Of a DNA stretch of 49,929 nucleotides, positions 29,623 to 40,028 are shown one piece after another. The notes below the pieces were generated by a model that saw only the letters and a list, made by a program, of their open reading frames with translations, made no database searches and was not told where the DNA came from. How positions within the stretch are numbered: position 1 is the first letter of the stretch; every line of letters starts with the position of its first letter. This DNA comes from Clostridia bacterium (lineage in GTDB: Bacteria; Bacillota; Clostridia; Oscillospirales; Acutalibacteraceae): the NCBI GenBank assembly GCA_017381515.1, contig JAFOCB010000057.1:1-49929 (forward strand), in the 5' to 3' direction. Made by a program: the position numbers and the translations under genes.

Positions 29623-31392
29623 ATGGAAAAGACACAAAGAAAGCATCAAAATCTGTTACAGGGGTCGCTCATTTTGGGTGCGGCAACCCTGCTTGTAAAG
29701 ATAATCGGTGCGATTTATAAAATTCCGCTCAACTGGGTGCTTGGCGGTGACGGAAGCGGCTATTTTAGCATGGCTTACGATATATATTTGCCCATTTATT
29801 CAATTGCTATGGCCGGTTTGCCGGTAGCCATTTCGCGACTGGTAGCCGAAAATGTATCGGAAGGACGCTTTAAGGACGCCAAACGACTGTTAAAGGTGTC
29901 AAAGGGGCTGTTTTTGGCGGTTGGTATTGTTTGTTTTGTGCTTCTTGCAGCGGCAATCCCGTTTTATACCAAATTTATTGACGAGCCGAGTGCCCTTTTA
30001 CCCATGATGACCATCGCGCCGTCCCTCATTTTCTGCTGCATAATGTCAACCTATCGCGGCTATTACGAGGGAATGCGTAATATGTACCCGACAGGCATTT
30101 CACAGGTTATTGAAGCGCTCGGAAAGTTGCTCATCGGTCTCGGTTTGGCTTATGTGGCAAAGGCTTTTCTCACCAACGAATTTATTTCGAGCGGTACCGT
30201 ATTTGGTCGCGAGGTTGTGCTTGACGGAAGCACCGCAACCTTGGCTGAGGTAGCCAATAAAATGATGATGCCTTACGTTGCATCCTGCGCAATTTTCGGA
30301 ATTACGCTCGGCTCGGCATTTGGCGCACTCTATCTCGCCATCAGGCACCGATTTGTCGGGGATAAAATCACCAAACAGGAGCTTATCGATTCACCCGAAC
30401 CCCGTTCGAGCAAAAGCTATGTAAAAATGCTTGTTTTAATTGCGGTGCCCATCGTTCTCGGCTCACTTACTACACAAATTGCATCACTCGTTGACCTGAC
30501 GATAGTAAAGGTGCAGCTCAAATCTCTCATGGAAACCGATGCCGAAGCCGTACGTGCTTGCTATGGTGATTTTTTAAGCAAATATAATGATAGCCAGGTT
30601 TCGACCTTCCTTTACGGTTGCTATCGCAGTTACGCATATTCACTTTATAATCTCGCGCCGACCATTACCTCGGTTATCGGTGTCAGCGCAATTCCCGTAA
30701 TAGCAACCGCTTGGAAAACAGGGGATAAATCGGCGATAAAGGATAATTTGGAATCAAGTCTCAGAATCACGTCGCTTATCGCAATACCTGCCGGTGTAGG
30801 ACTTTTTGTTCTTTCGCGTCAGGTGCTTGCTCTGCTTTATCCGAATAATTCTGCCGAGGTTGCCGTTTCGGCTCCGATATTGCAGGTGCTTGGCTTCACC
30901 TCAGCTTTTGCCGCAATGACCATTCCCGCAACCAGTATGCTCCAAGCGATAGGAAAGCAAAAAATACCCGTTTACAATATGCTGGTTGGTGTGGTGTTGA
31001 AGGTAGCAATTAACTTCTTCCTCGTAGCCATTCCCGAGCTTAACGTAATCGGCGCTCCGATAGGAACCGCCACCTGCTACGCTTATATTTTCATCGCCAA
31101 CCTTATCGCGCTGAATAAATATTCGGGCGCAAGGATAAATATTATCAACACGATTATAAAGCCGCTTGTGTCGGCTCTCGTCTGTGGCGGGGTTGCTTAC
31201 GGAGTTCATTTTGCGGTGTCGTCATGGCGCGGAGAAGGTAGCTTGACCACCATAATTTCCGTCGCAGCGGCAGGAATTGCTTATATTGTTGCCCTCGGAT
31301 TTACAAAAACGCTCACAAAAAATGACGTTTCCATGCTTCCGAAGGGTCAAAAAATCGCAAAAATACTTGAAAAAATCGGCTGGATAGGTTAA
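29623..31392 (+). CDS. MOP-superfamily flippase (SpoVB/YabM/MurJ-like polysaccharide biosynthesis protein)
   Basis: 589 aa and about 14 TM segments. The N-terminus LLQGSLILGAATLLVKIIGAIYKIPL is typical. It sits directly upstream of mazG, as yabM does in Bacillus. Confidence 0.75.
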   Translation: MEKTQRKHQNLLQGSLILGAATLLVKIIGAIYKIPLNWVLGGDGSGYFSMAYDIYLPIYSIAMAGLPVAISRLVAENVSEGRFKDAKRLLKVSKGLFLAVGIVCFVLLAAAIPFYTKFIDEPSALLPMMTIAPSLIFCCIMSTYRGYYEGMRNMYPTGISQVIEALGKLLIGLGLAYVAKAFLTNEFISSGTVFGREVVLDGSTATLAEVANKMMMPYVASCAIFGITLGSAFGALYLAIRHRFVGDKITKQELIDSPEPRSSKSYVKMLVLIAVPIVLGSLTTQIASLVDLTIVKVQLKSLMETDAEAVRACYGDFLSKYNDSQVSTFLYGCYRSYAYSLYNLAPTITSVIGVSAIPVIATAWKTGDKSAIKDNLESSLRITSLIAIPAGVGLFVLSRQVLALLYPNNSAEVAVSAPILQVLGFTSAFAAMTIPATSMLQAIGKQKIPVYNMLVGVVLKVAINFFLVAIPELNVIGAPIGTATCYAYIFIANLIALNKYSGARINIINTIIKPLVSALVCGGVAYGVHFAVSSWRGEGSLTTIISVAAAGIAYIVALGFTKTLTKNDVSMLPKGQKIAKILEKIGWIG

Positions 31393-31490
31393 AATTATTG
31401 TTATATAATGGTCATATATAGTAAAAATGTGTGCAAAATACATATATTTTGTGTATGATTATTATTACAACGGCTGAAAATGGTGTTTAT

Positions 31491-32285
31491 ATGATTGACT
31501 TTAAGCGAAAAGAGAATTATGATATATATGACCTGATAAAAATTATGGAGTATCTCCGCTCGGAGGATGGATGCCCTTGGGATAGGGAACAAAGTCACGA
31601 ATCCATCCGTTCCAACGTTATCGAAGAAGCGTATGAGGTAGCCGATGCTATCGACAGCGGCTCTCGGGAAATGTTGGTCGAGGAACTGGGTGATTTACTG
31701 TTACAGGTTGTTTTTCACGCACGAATGGACGAGGAAGCAGGCGGCTTTAATTTCGACGACGTATGCGACGGAATTTGTAAAAAGCTTGTTTACCGCCATC
31801 CCCACGTTTTCGGCGACGTAAATGCCGATACGTCGGACCAAGTGCTTAAAAATTGGGATGCGCTGAAAAAGACGGAAAAGAAGCAGGAAAGCTTCACCGA
31901 CACAATGAACAGTGTGCCAAAGGCATTTCCCGCACTTATGCGCTCACAAAAGGTGCAAAAGAGAGCCGCCCGAGCAGGTTTCGACTTTGATAACAAGTCG
32001 GACGTGTATGACAAGGTTGCCGAGGAAATGGTCGAGCTTAGCGATGCCGATGCCATAGGCGATAATAAAAAGGTGTTTGAGGAATACGGTGACCTGCTGT
32101 TTTCGGTGGTCAATCTCGCCAGATTCTTAAATATCGATGCCGAGGAAGCACTTGCCGCTTCGACCGACAAGTTTATTGCCAGATTTGAAAAGGTCGAGAA
32201 GCTCGCAAACGAGCGCAATATCGATATGCCGAATACCCCGATAACCGAACTGGACAAGCTTTGGGACGAGGTAAAGGGCAAATAA
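31491..32285 (+). CDS. mazG: Nucleoside triphosphate pyrophosphohydrolase MazG
   Basis: CPWDREQSHESI, EEAYEVADAI and EELGDLLLQVVFH motifs, with a second MazG repeat. ATG at 31491 (MIDFKRK) is preferred over the ORF-track start. Confidence 0.85.
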   Translation: MIDFKRKENYDIYDLIKIMEYLRSEDGCPWDREQSHESIRSNVIEEAYEVADAIDSGSREMLVEELGDLLLQVVFHARMDEEAGGFNFDDVCDGICKKLVYRHPHVFGDVNADTSDQVLKNWDALKKTEKKQESFTDTMNSVPKAFPALMRSQKVQKRAARAGFDFDNKSDVYDKVAEEMVELSDADAIGDNKKVFEEYGDLLFSVVNLARFLNIDAEEALAASTDKFIARFEKVEKLANERNIDMPNTPITELDKLWDEVKGK

Positions 32286-32354
32286 ATTAGTTAAACTTTC
32301 TGACTGTAAAAAGGTTGGATAGAAATAAAAAATTTTTAATTGGAGGATTTACTC

Positions 32355-32630
32355 ATGAACAAGACAGAACTTATCGCTGCAGTTGCAGAAAAAGCTGCTA
32401 TCTCAAAGAAGGACGCTGACAAGGCAATCGCTGCTTTCGTTGATTCTATCACCGATGCACTCAAAGCTGGCGACAAGGTTCAGCTCGTTGGTTTCGGAAC
32501 ATTCGAAGTTCGCGAACGTGCAGCTCGCACAGGCCGCAATCCTAAGACAAAGGAAACCATCACTATCGCTGCTTCAAAGGCACCCGCTTTCAAGGCAGGC
32601 AAGGCATTCAAGGACGCTATTGATAAATAA
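32355..32630 (+). CDS. hup: DNA-binding protein HU
   Basis: [14 protein letters not shown]...[30 protein letters not shown] before the ATG at 32355. Confidence 0.92.
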   Translation: MNKTELIAAVAEKAAISKKDADKAIAAFVDSITDALKAGDKVQLVGFGTFEVRERAARTGRNPKTKETITIAASKAPAFKAGKAFKDAIDK

Positions 32631-32655
32631 TTAACCCTTCTTAATGCACAAAAAA

Positions 32656-32683
32656 ACGGCTGCCTTTTTTGGCGGCCGTTTTA
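32656..32683 (+). terminator. Rho-independent terminator after hup
   Basis: ACGGCTGCC-TTTTTT-GGCGGCCGT (one G-U pair), followed by a T-rich tail. Confidence 0.65.
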
Positions 32684-32708
32684 ACTTATTTTTTTATTGG
32701 AGTAAAAA

Positions 32709-32948
32709 ATGCGACTCGACAAATATTTAAAGGTATCCCGATTGATAAAGCGCCGCACAATCGCAAACGAAGCGTGTGACGCAGGCAGAGTGTCGGTCAA
32801 CGGAAAGCAGGCCAGAGCGTCGTACGACGTAAAGGTGGGCGATGTGATTGAAATGACATTGGGCGCACGGATGGTAAAGGTAAAGGTGGAAAAGGTGACC
32901 GAGGTCGCAAACAAGGAAACCGCCCCTTTAATGTACACCGTGGTATAA
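32709..32948 (+). CDS. S4-domain RNA-binding protein (YabO-like)
   Basis: MRLDKYLKVSRLIKRRTIANEACDAGRVSVNGK. 79 aa. Confidence 0.8.
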   Translation: MRLDKYLKVSRLIKRRTIANEACDAGRVSVNGKQARASYDVKVGDVIEMTLGARMVKVKVEKVTEVANKETAPLMYTVV

Positions 32949-33015
32949 AATCAAGTAATAAATTCTTCCTTACGGACATATTTTTTAGTATGAAACCGTA
33001 TGGGAGGATTTTTTT

Positions 33016-33312
33016 ATGACAGAGGAAATCAGACAGCAACCAAAAATGCAACCAAAACAGCCGCACAACGTCATAATGGAGGACAGGCGCAACCTTACCG
33101 TTTCGGGGGTGAAGGACGTTGACTCTTTTGATGAGCAGACAATGATAATCTATACCGATATGGGAGAGCTGACGGTCAGAGGCACCGAGCTGCATATAAA
33201 TCGGCTCAATACCGACGCAGGTGAGTTGAGCGTGTCGGGTAATATTTACGGACTTGCTTATACCGACGACCGAGATAAAAAAACGGGTCTGATCGGTCGT
33301 CTGTTCAGATAA
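33016..33312 (+). CDS. yabP: Sporulation protein YabP
   Basis: RRNLTVSGVKDVDSFDEQTMIIYTDMGELTVRGTELHINRL matches the YabP pattern. Confidence 0.8.
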   Translation: MTEEIRQQPKMQPKQPHNVIMEDRRNLTVSGVKDVDSFDEQTMIIYTDMGELTVRGTELHINRLNTDAGELSVSGNIYGLAYTDDRDKKTGLIGRLFR

Positions 33313-33318
33313 AATAAC

Positions 33319-33828
33319 GTGAGCGAAGTCACCTTTTTTGGTCAAACGGGCGGTCTTTTTTTCGCTACTTTAATGGGAGTCGTGCTTTGCCTGTTTTACG
33401 ATTTGTTGCGAATTTTTCGTTTGGCTGTGCCGCCCGGTAAAATTTTGGCCTTTTTTGAGGACGTTTTGTGGTTTTTTATAGCAGCGGTGGTGACCTATCT
33501 CGTCTGCCTTGCCAAATGCAATGGCGAGGTAAGGAGCTATGTACTAATAGGCGAAGGAGTCGGATTTTTGCTGTGCCGATTGACCTTGAGCCGCGGAATA
33601 ATGACGGTGGCAAAGCCATCTGTACGCACCATAAAGAAGCTTGTGCGACGGGTGAAAAAGGCGCTTTTGCACTTTTTGACCCCCATTATCAGCCGATTGA
33701 CAGAAAAAATACAAAAAATTTTACACGAAACCCGAAAAAAAGGAAAAAAGCACTTGCAGACGAGCACCCGACTGTTGTATAATCATAAAAAGAAAAGTAT
33801 ATTAAATAATACAGATTCGGAGAAGTGA
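33319..33828 (+). CDS. yabQ: Spore cortex biosynthesis protein YabQ (start codon uncertain)
   Basis: TM-rich, with LFYDLLRIFR and FFEDVLWFF, typical of YabQ, and positioned after yabP. The GTG start has no clear RBS. Confidence 0.65.
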   Translation: MSEVTFFGQTGGLFFATLMGVVLCLFYDLLRIFRLAVPPGKILAFFEDVLWFFIAAVVTYLVCLAKCNGEVRSYVLIGEGVGFLLCRLTLSRGIMTVAKPSVRTIKKLVRRVKKALLHFLTPIISRLTEKIQKILHETRKKGKKHLQTSTRLLYNHKKKSILNNTDSEK

Positions 33829-33830
33829 TT

Positions 33831-34139
33831 ATGAGACAGCCCATTTCGGCAGAGACACATCCTGCCCGGAAGAGAAGCCTAATCCTTCGACTCGGAATTT
33901 TTGTTTTTGCCGTTTTTATGGTTATAACGATGGGAAAATTGCAGATTGAGCTTATTCAAAAAAAGGACCAGCTCAACGCGGCTAAAAATCAGCTCGAAGC
34001 AACAGAATTAAAAATCGCAGAGCTTCAAAATCTGCTCGAAAACGGAGAGGAAAGCGATTTTATCGAACGAGTTGCTCGTGAACGGCTCGGATACGTTTAT
34101 TCCGATGAAGAGGTTTATACCGATATTTCGGGAAAATAA
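33831..34139 (+). CDS. Septum formation initiator (FtsB/DivIC family)
   Basis: A single TM segment followed by a coiled coil (LQIELIQKKDQLNAAKNQLEATELKIAELQ) and RERLGYVYSDE. ATG at 33831 is preferred, with GGAGA 7 nt upstream. Confidence 0.7.
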   Translation: MRQPISAETHPARKRSLILRLGIFVFAVFMVITMGKLQIELIQKKDQLNAAKNQLEATELKIAELQNLLENGEESDFIERVARERLGYVYSDEEVYTDISGK

Positions 34140-34181
34140 ATATAATTTTTATAAAAAATCACAGGAGGTTGCACAGAGGGT

Positions 34182-34619
34182 ATGCAGCTTGACGCAGGCG
34201 CAATATTCAGCGGTAAGGTAACAGGAATTACAAAATTCGGAGTTTTTGTTGACATCGGAGAGGGTAGAACGGGAATGGTACATATTTCCGAAGTAGCCCA
34301 GACCTATGTCGAGAATATAGCCGATTTTGTAAAAAATGACGACGAGGTAAAGGTAAAGGTTCTGTCTGTTTCGGAGGATGGTAAAATCAGTCTTTCGATA
34401 AAGAGAGCGCAGGAACAACCCAGACGTAACGGGCCTCGTCCACCCGCACCGGTACCCGACCGTCCGACAGCACGCGAATGGACGCCCAAACGAAATGAGA
34501 ATATGTCCTTTGAGGATATGATGTCAAAGTTTAAGCAATCCAGTGATGACAAGTTTTCTGACCTCAACCGCAAAACAGGCGGCGAAATCAGACGTTCACC
34601 AAAGCGCGGACAAAAATAA
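34182..34619 (+). CDS. S1 RNA-binding domain protein (YabR-like)
   Basis: GKVTGITKFGVFVDIGEGRTGMVHISEV and a basic C-terminal tail. Confidence 0.8.
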   Translation: MQLDAGAIFSGKVTGITKFGVFVDIGEGRTGMVHISEVAQTYVENIADFVKNDDEVKVKVLSVSEDGKISLSIKRAQEQPRRNGPRPPAPVPDRPTAREWTPKRNENMSFEDMMSKFKQSSDDKFSDLNRKTGGEIRRSPKRGQK

Positions 34620-34635
34620 TTTCACAAATAAAATC

Positions 34636-34663
34636 GCGGAGCATACTTTGCTCCGCTTTTTTT
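34636..34663 (+). terminator. Rho-independent terminator of the yab/S1 operon
   Basis: GCGGAGCA (34636-34643) pairs with TGCTCCGC (34649-34656), followed by T7. Confidence 0.8.
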
Positions 34664-34705
34664 GCAAAAACGGCCACTCCTTTTTGATAAAGAAAAAACC
34701 GATAT

Positions 34706-34793
34706 AAAAAAAGAATACCGCCGAAATTCACTCGGCGGCATCGCGACAAAGTTTAAGGTCGCAAGGTGTATATTGAGGTATGAAGGGAGTTGC
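34706..34793 (-). ncRNA. Candidate small RNA of about 88 nt, bounded by a near-consensus promoter and an intrinsic terminator
   Basis: The promoter is listed as the next feature. The predicted transcript is GCAACUCCCUUCAUACCUCAAUAUACACCUUGCGACCUUAAACUUUGUCGCGAUGCCGCCGAGUGAAUUUCGGCGGUAUUCUUUUUUU. It has an internal hairpin, UGCGAC...GUCGCG, and a terminator stem, CCGCCGA with UCGGCGG (34738-34718), followed by UAUUCUUUUUUU. There is no RBS-preceded ORF. Confidence 0.45.
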
Positions 34794-34799
34794 AAAATC

Positions 34800-34828
34800 A
34801 TAATACAGCAATTACCAGTTATTGTCAA
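34800..34828 (-). promoter_or_regulatory. Near-consensus sigma-A promoter with no protein gene downstream
   Basis: On the minus strand, TTGACA (34828-34823), an exactly 17-nt spacer, then TATTAT (34805-34800). Confidence 0.5.
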
Positions 34829-34849
34829 TAAGCTTGTCCGAATTTTAAT
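34822..34849 (+). promoter_or_regulatory. Candidate promoter of the fumarate hydratase gene, back-to-back with the sRNA promoter
   Basis: TTGTCA (34822-34827), a 16-nt spacer, then TTTAAT (34844-34849). The two -35 boxes overlap within the palindrome TTATTG-T-CAATAA (34819-34831). Confidence 0.35.
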
Positions 34850-34891
34850 TAAAAATCGTTCGACAGGATGGGACACTTTTGATAGGAGAAA

Positions 34892-35737
34892 ATGATGAAA
34901 GAGATTGACGTAGCACGAATAAAGAATGTCGTTGCCGCTCTTTGTATAAAGGCGAATAGGCAACTTACTCCCGATATTGTCGGCGCGATAAAAAAAGCAT
35001 CTGCCACCGAAACAAATCCTCTTGCAAAAAGTATAATGGGTGACATCGAGCTTAATCTTTCGGCGGCGGAGGAGCTTTCACTTCCAATTTGTCAGGATAC
35101 GGGAATGGCGGTTATCTTTCTCGAAATCGGTCAGGATGTGCATTTTGTCGGCGGTTCGCTTGAAGCGGCCGTTAACGAGGGCGTCCGAAAGGGATACACC
35201 GAGGGGCTGCTCAGAAAGTCGGTGGTAGCCGACCCAATTCGTCGCGTGAATACCAATGATAATACACCCGCCATTATTCACACCAGAATAGTTGACGGTG
35301 ACAATGTCAAAATTATCGTTGCGCCAAAGGGCTTTGGCAGCGAAAATATGAGCGGAATAAGGATGCTTACCCCTGCCGCTACACGTGAGGATATAATTAG
35401 CGCCGTGACCGAAATTGTAAAGCAGGCGGGGTCGAATCCGTGTCCGCCAATGGTAATCGGTGTCGGTATCGGCGGTGACTTTGAGTATGCCGCAATATTG
35501 GCGAAAAAGGCACTTTGTCGCTCGGGCGATGAGAGAAACAGCGACACGTATTATGCCGAGCTCGAAGCGGATATGCTTTCGTCGGTCAATGCGCTCGGCA
35601 TCGGACCGCAGGGCTTTGGTGGAGAAACTACCGCGCTTTATGTTAATATCGAAAGCTTTGCTACGCATATAGCGGGATTGCCCGTGGCGGTAAATATCGG
35701 CTGTCACGTTACCCGCCACGCAACCGAAATTTTATAA
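34892..35737 (+). CDS. Class I (Fe-S) fumarate hydratase / tartrate dehydratase, alpha subunit only
   Basis: LPICQDTGMAVIFLEIGQDVHF and PPMVIGVGIGGDFE motifs. 281 aa. No beta subunit follows. Confidence 0.8.
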   Translation: MMKEIDVARIKNVVAALCIKANRQLTPDIVGAIKKASATETNPLAKSIMGDIELNLSAAEELSLPICQDTGMAVIFLEIGQDVHFVGGSLEAAVNEGVRKGYTEGLLRKSVVADPIRRVNTNDNTPAIIHTRIVDGDNVKIIVAPKGFGSENMSGIRMLTPAATREDIISAVTEIVKQAGSNPCPPMVIGVGIGGDFEYAAILAKKALCRSGDERNSDTYYAELEADMLSSVNALGIGPQGFGGETTALYVNIESFATHIAGLPVAVNIGCHVTRHATEIL

Positions 35738-35751
35738 AGGAATAAAAAAAT

Positions 35752-36870
35752 ATGAAGATGTATAACTGTGTTGCACCCTGCCTTTTCGGACTCGAAAAGC
35801 CGGTTGCAGATGAATTAAAGGAAATGGGCGCCGAAAACGTTGTTGCCGAAAACGGACGTGTGCTTTTCAGCGGCGGAGCTGAAATAATTGCCAGAGCGAA
35901 TATACGAAGCCGCTTTGCCGAGCGAATTCAGATACTCGTCGGCAGCTTCGAGGCGAGGAGCTTCACCGAGCTTTTTGACGGGGTAAAGGCGCTTAATTTC
36001 GAGGATTATATCGGAGCCGACGATGCCTTTCCGGTAAAGGGAAGCTCGGTCAATTCGGCGCTTTATTCGATACCTGATTGCCAGTCGATTGTAAAAAAGG
36101 CGATTGTCGAGCGACTCAAATCGGTATATAAAATTGATTGGTTCGACGAGCTCGGCAACGAGCGTAAGATTTCATTTTTCATATTAAAGGACCGCGTGCA
36201 GATACTCATTGATACATCGGGAGAAGGACTTCACAAGCGAGGCTACCGAGCCAATTCGGGCGATGCACCGCTCAAAGAAACACTCGCCGCTGCTATGGTA
36301 AAGCTGTCGCGAATTTATCCCGATTCGACACTTTATGACCCATTCTGCGGCTCGGGAACAATTCTCATCGAAGCGGCACTCATGGCGCGAAACATCGCAC
36401 CGGGACTTTTCCGTTCATTTACTGCCGAAAGGTTTGATTTCATTCCTGCGTCGGTCTGGCAGCAGGAGAGAGCAGCCGCAAGGGATATGATTGATAACAG
36501 CGTTCCCTTCAGAGCGGTCGGATTTGATAAGGATGCAGAAATGGTCGCACTAACCCTCGCCAATGCAAAAAAAGCAGGTGTTGACGGATGTATTACCGCC
36601 TCGGTTGCCGATGTAAAGGATTTTAAGATTGCGACAGAGCGAGGAGTAACCGTAACTAATCCGCCCTATGGCGAGAGAATGCTCGACATCGACACCGCAC
36701 GTGATCTGTATAAAGTGATGGGCAGCGTTTTTGAGCAAAAGCACGGCTACAAATATACCATTATTAGTCCGGACGAGAATTTTGAACGCCTTTTCGGAAG
36801 GGTTGCAGACAAGCGCAGAAAACTGTATAATGGAAGCATCAGATGTCAGCTTTATTTTTATTATAAATAG
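35752..36870 (+). CDS. THUMP-domain class I SAM-dependent RNA methyltransferase (RlmL N-terminal / YpsC-like)
   Basis: LHKRGYR, DPFCGSGTILIEAA and NPPYGERM motifs. Confidence 0.8.
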   Translation: MKMYNCVAPCLFGLEKPVADELKEMGAENVVAENGRVLFSGGAEIIARANIRSRFAERIQILVGSFEARSFTELFDGVKALNFEDYIGADDAFPVKGSSVNSALYSIPDCQSIVKKAIVERLKSVYKIDWFDELGNERKISFFILKDRVQILIDTSGEGLHKRGYRANSGDAPLKETLAAAMVKLSRIYPDSTLYDPFCGSGTILIEAALMARNIAPGLFRSFTAERFDFIPASVWQQERAAARDMIDNSVPFRAVGFDKDAEMVALTLANAKKAGVDGCITASVADVKDFKIATERGVTVTNPPYGERMLDIDTARDLYKVMGSVFEQKHGYKYTIISPDENFERLFGRVADKRRKLYNGSIRCQLYFYYK

Positions 36871-36943
36871 AGAAAAAAAGGATAGAGATGACAAACAAAT
36901 CGGCTTTTTAAAAACAACTTTGGGAATGTGAGGTATAGGGGAT

Positions 36944-37906
36944 ATGCAGCATATTTTTATTGTTAATAGAGCGGCAGGCAGCGGCAAGGTCACCGAAAAG
37001 GTTATTTCCGACATTCGCGACCATTTCGAAAGACACGGTGGCAGCTATAAAATCGAGTTTACAAAGTATAAGGGTGACGCTACCGATATTGCCCTTCGCT
37101 ATGCCAAAAGTGGCGAAAAGGTAAGGATTTATGCCTGTGGCGGTGACGGTACCCTTAACGAAACTGTTAATGGCATCGCAGGATACGAAAACGTCGAGCT
37201 GGGTGTAATTCCTTGCGGCTCGGGAAATGACTTTGTATCAAGTATATGCGGTGACGATAGGGAAGCATATTTCGATATAAAGGCGCAGGTCGAGGGCGAC
37301 AGTGCCGAAGCCGACCTCTTTCATATCGAGGACGGACCTTATGCAATTAACCAGATTTCGATGGGCTTTGATGCCACGGTTGCCAATAATTTTGTCAAGT
37401 TTAAGAATAAGTCGAATGTTACGGGAAAATTAGCGTATATTATATCAGCCCTTTATAGCTTGGCGGGTGACCTCACCAACGAAATGACGGTCGAAATCGA
37501 CGGTGTTCAGCTCGAAAAGGAACGTTTGGTACTCACCACCGCCGCAAACGGCAGATTTCAGGGTGGTGGAATGCTCAACGTACCTGAAGCAAGTCCCTTT
37601 AACCGAAAGATTTCGGTCATGATGATAAAGAATGTATCGCGGCTTAAATTTTTACAGCTTTTCCCCTTGTATATGAAGGGAAAGCATGTCAAATATACCA
37701 ACCTTGTCGTGTTGGCGGATTGCAAAAAGCTTAAAATCACGGCATCAAAGCCGATTTCGGTTACATACGACGGCGAAATTCTAATGACCGAAAGCATAAC
37801 TATTGGTGTAATTGAGGGTGGGGTAAAGATAATTTTGCCCCAGTACGCGATGGAAAAGAGCGATAAAAAGGAGATTTTAAAGAGAGCCGCTACCGTAAAA
37901 AAATAG
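36944..37906 (+). CDS. Diacylglycerol-kinase-family lipid kinase (YegS/DagK-like)
   Basis: IVNRAAGSGK, ACGGDGTLNE and IPCGSGNDF motifs. Confidence 0.8.
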   Translation: MQHIFIVNRAAGSGKVTEKVISDIRDHFERHGGSYKIEFTKYKGDATDIALRYAKSGEKVRIYACGGDGTLNETVNGIAGYENVELGVIPCGSGNDFVSSICGDDREAYFDIKAQVEGDSAEADLFHIEDGPYAINQISMGFDATVANNFVKFKNKSNVTGKLAYIISALYSLAGDLTNEMTVEIDGVQLEKERLVLTTAANGRFQGGGMLNVPEASPFNRKISVMMIKNVSRLKFLQLFPLYMKGKHVKYTNLVVLADCKKLKITASKPISVTYDGEILMTESITIGVIEGGVKIILPQYAMEKSDKKEILKRAATVKK

Positions 37907-37925
37907 AAAAAATTGAAAAAACCTA

Positions 37926-37953
37926 TTGTAATTTCAAAAAATGGTGGTAAAAT
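37926..37953 (+). promoter_or_regulatory. Candidate groESL promoter
   Basis: TTGTAA (37926-37931), a 16-nt spacer, then TAAAAT (37948-37953), immediately upstream of CIRCE. Confidence 0.4.
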
Positions 37954-37957
37954 ACAA

Positions 37958-38309
<352 letters not shown>

Positions 38310-38334
38310 TTTTTGAGTTAGGAGAGTTTTTTAA

Positions 38335-39969
<1,635 letters not shown>

Positions 39970-39989
39970 TAAATAAAATGAAATAAAAA

Positions 39990-40024
39990 AAGGATGCAGT
40001 CGAATTTGACTGCATCCTTTTTTT
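39990..40024. terminator. Bidirectional terminator after groEL
   Basis: A 12-bp stem, AAGGATGCAGTC with GACTGCATCCTT, flanked by an A-run and a T-run. Confidence 0.85.
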
Positions 40025-40028
40025 ATGC

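Noticed and set aside
34622-34963. 113-aa minus-strand ORF covering the S1/fumarate hydratase spacer.
   Set aside because: It runs through two terminator hairpins and the promoter region, overlaps the fumarate hydratase start, has no SD, and its translation is low-complexity. The region is better explained as non-coding (sRNA candidate plus terminators).
36889-36912. 7-codon mini-ORF (MTNKSAF) with an AAAGGA-like SD between the THUMP methylase and the lipid kinase genes.
   Set aside because: It is too short to evaluate and no associated attenuator structure is visible. It is probably fortuitous.
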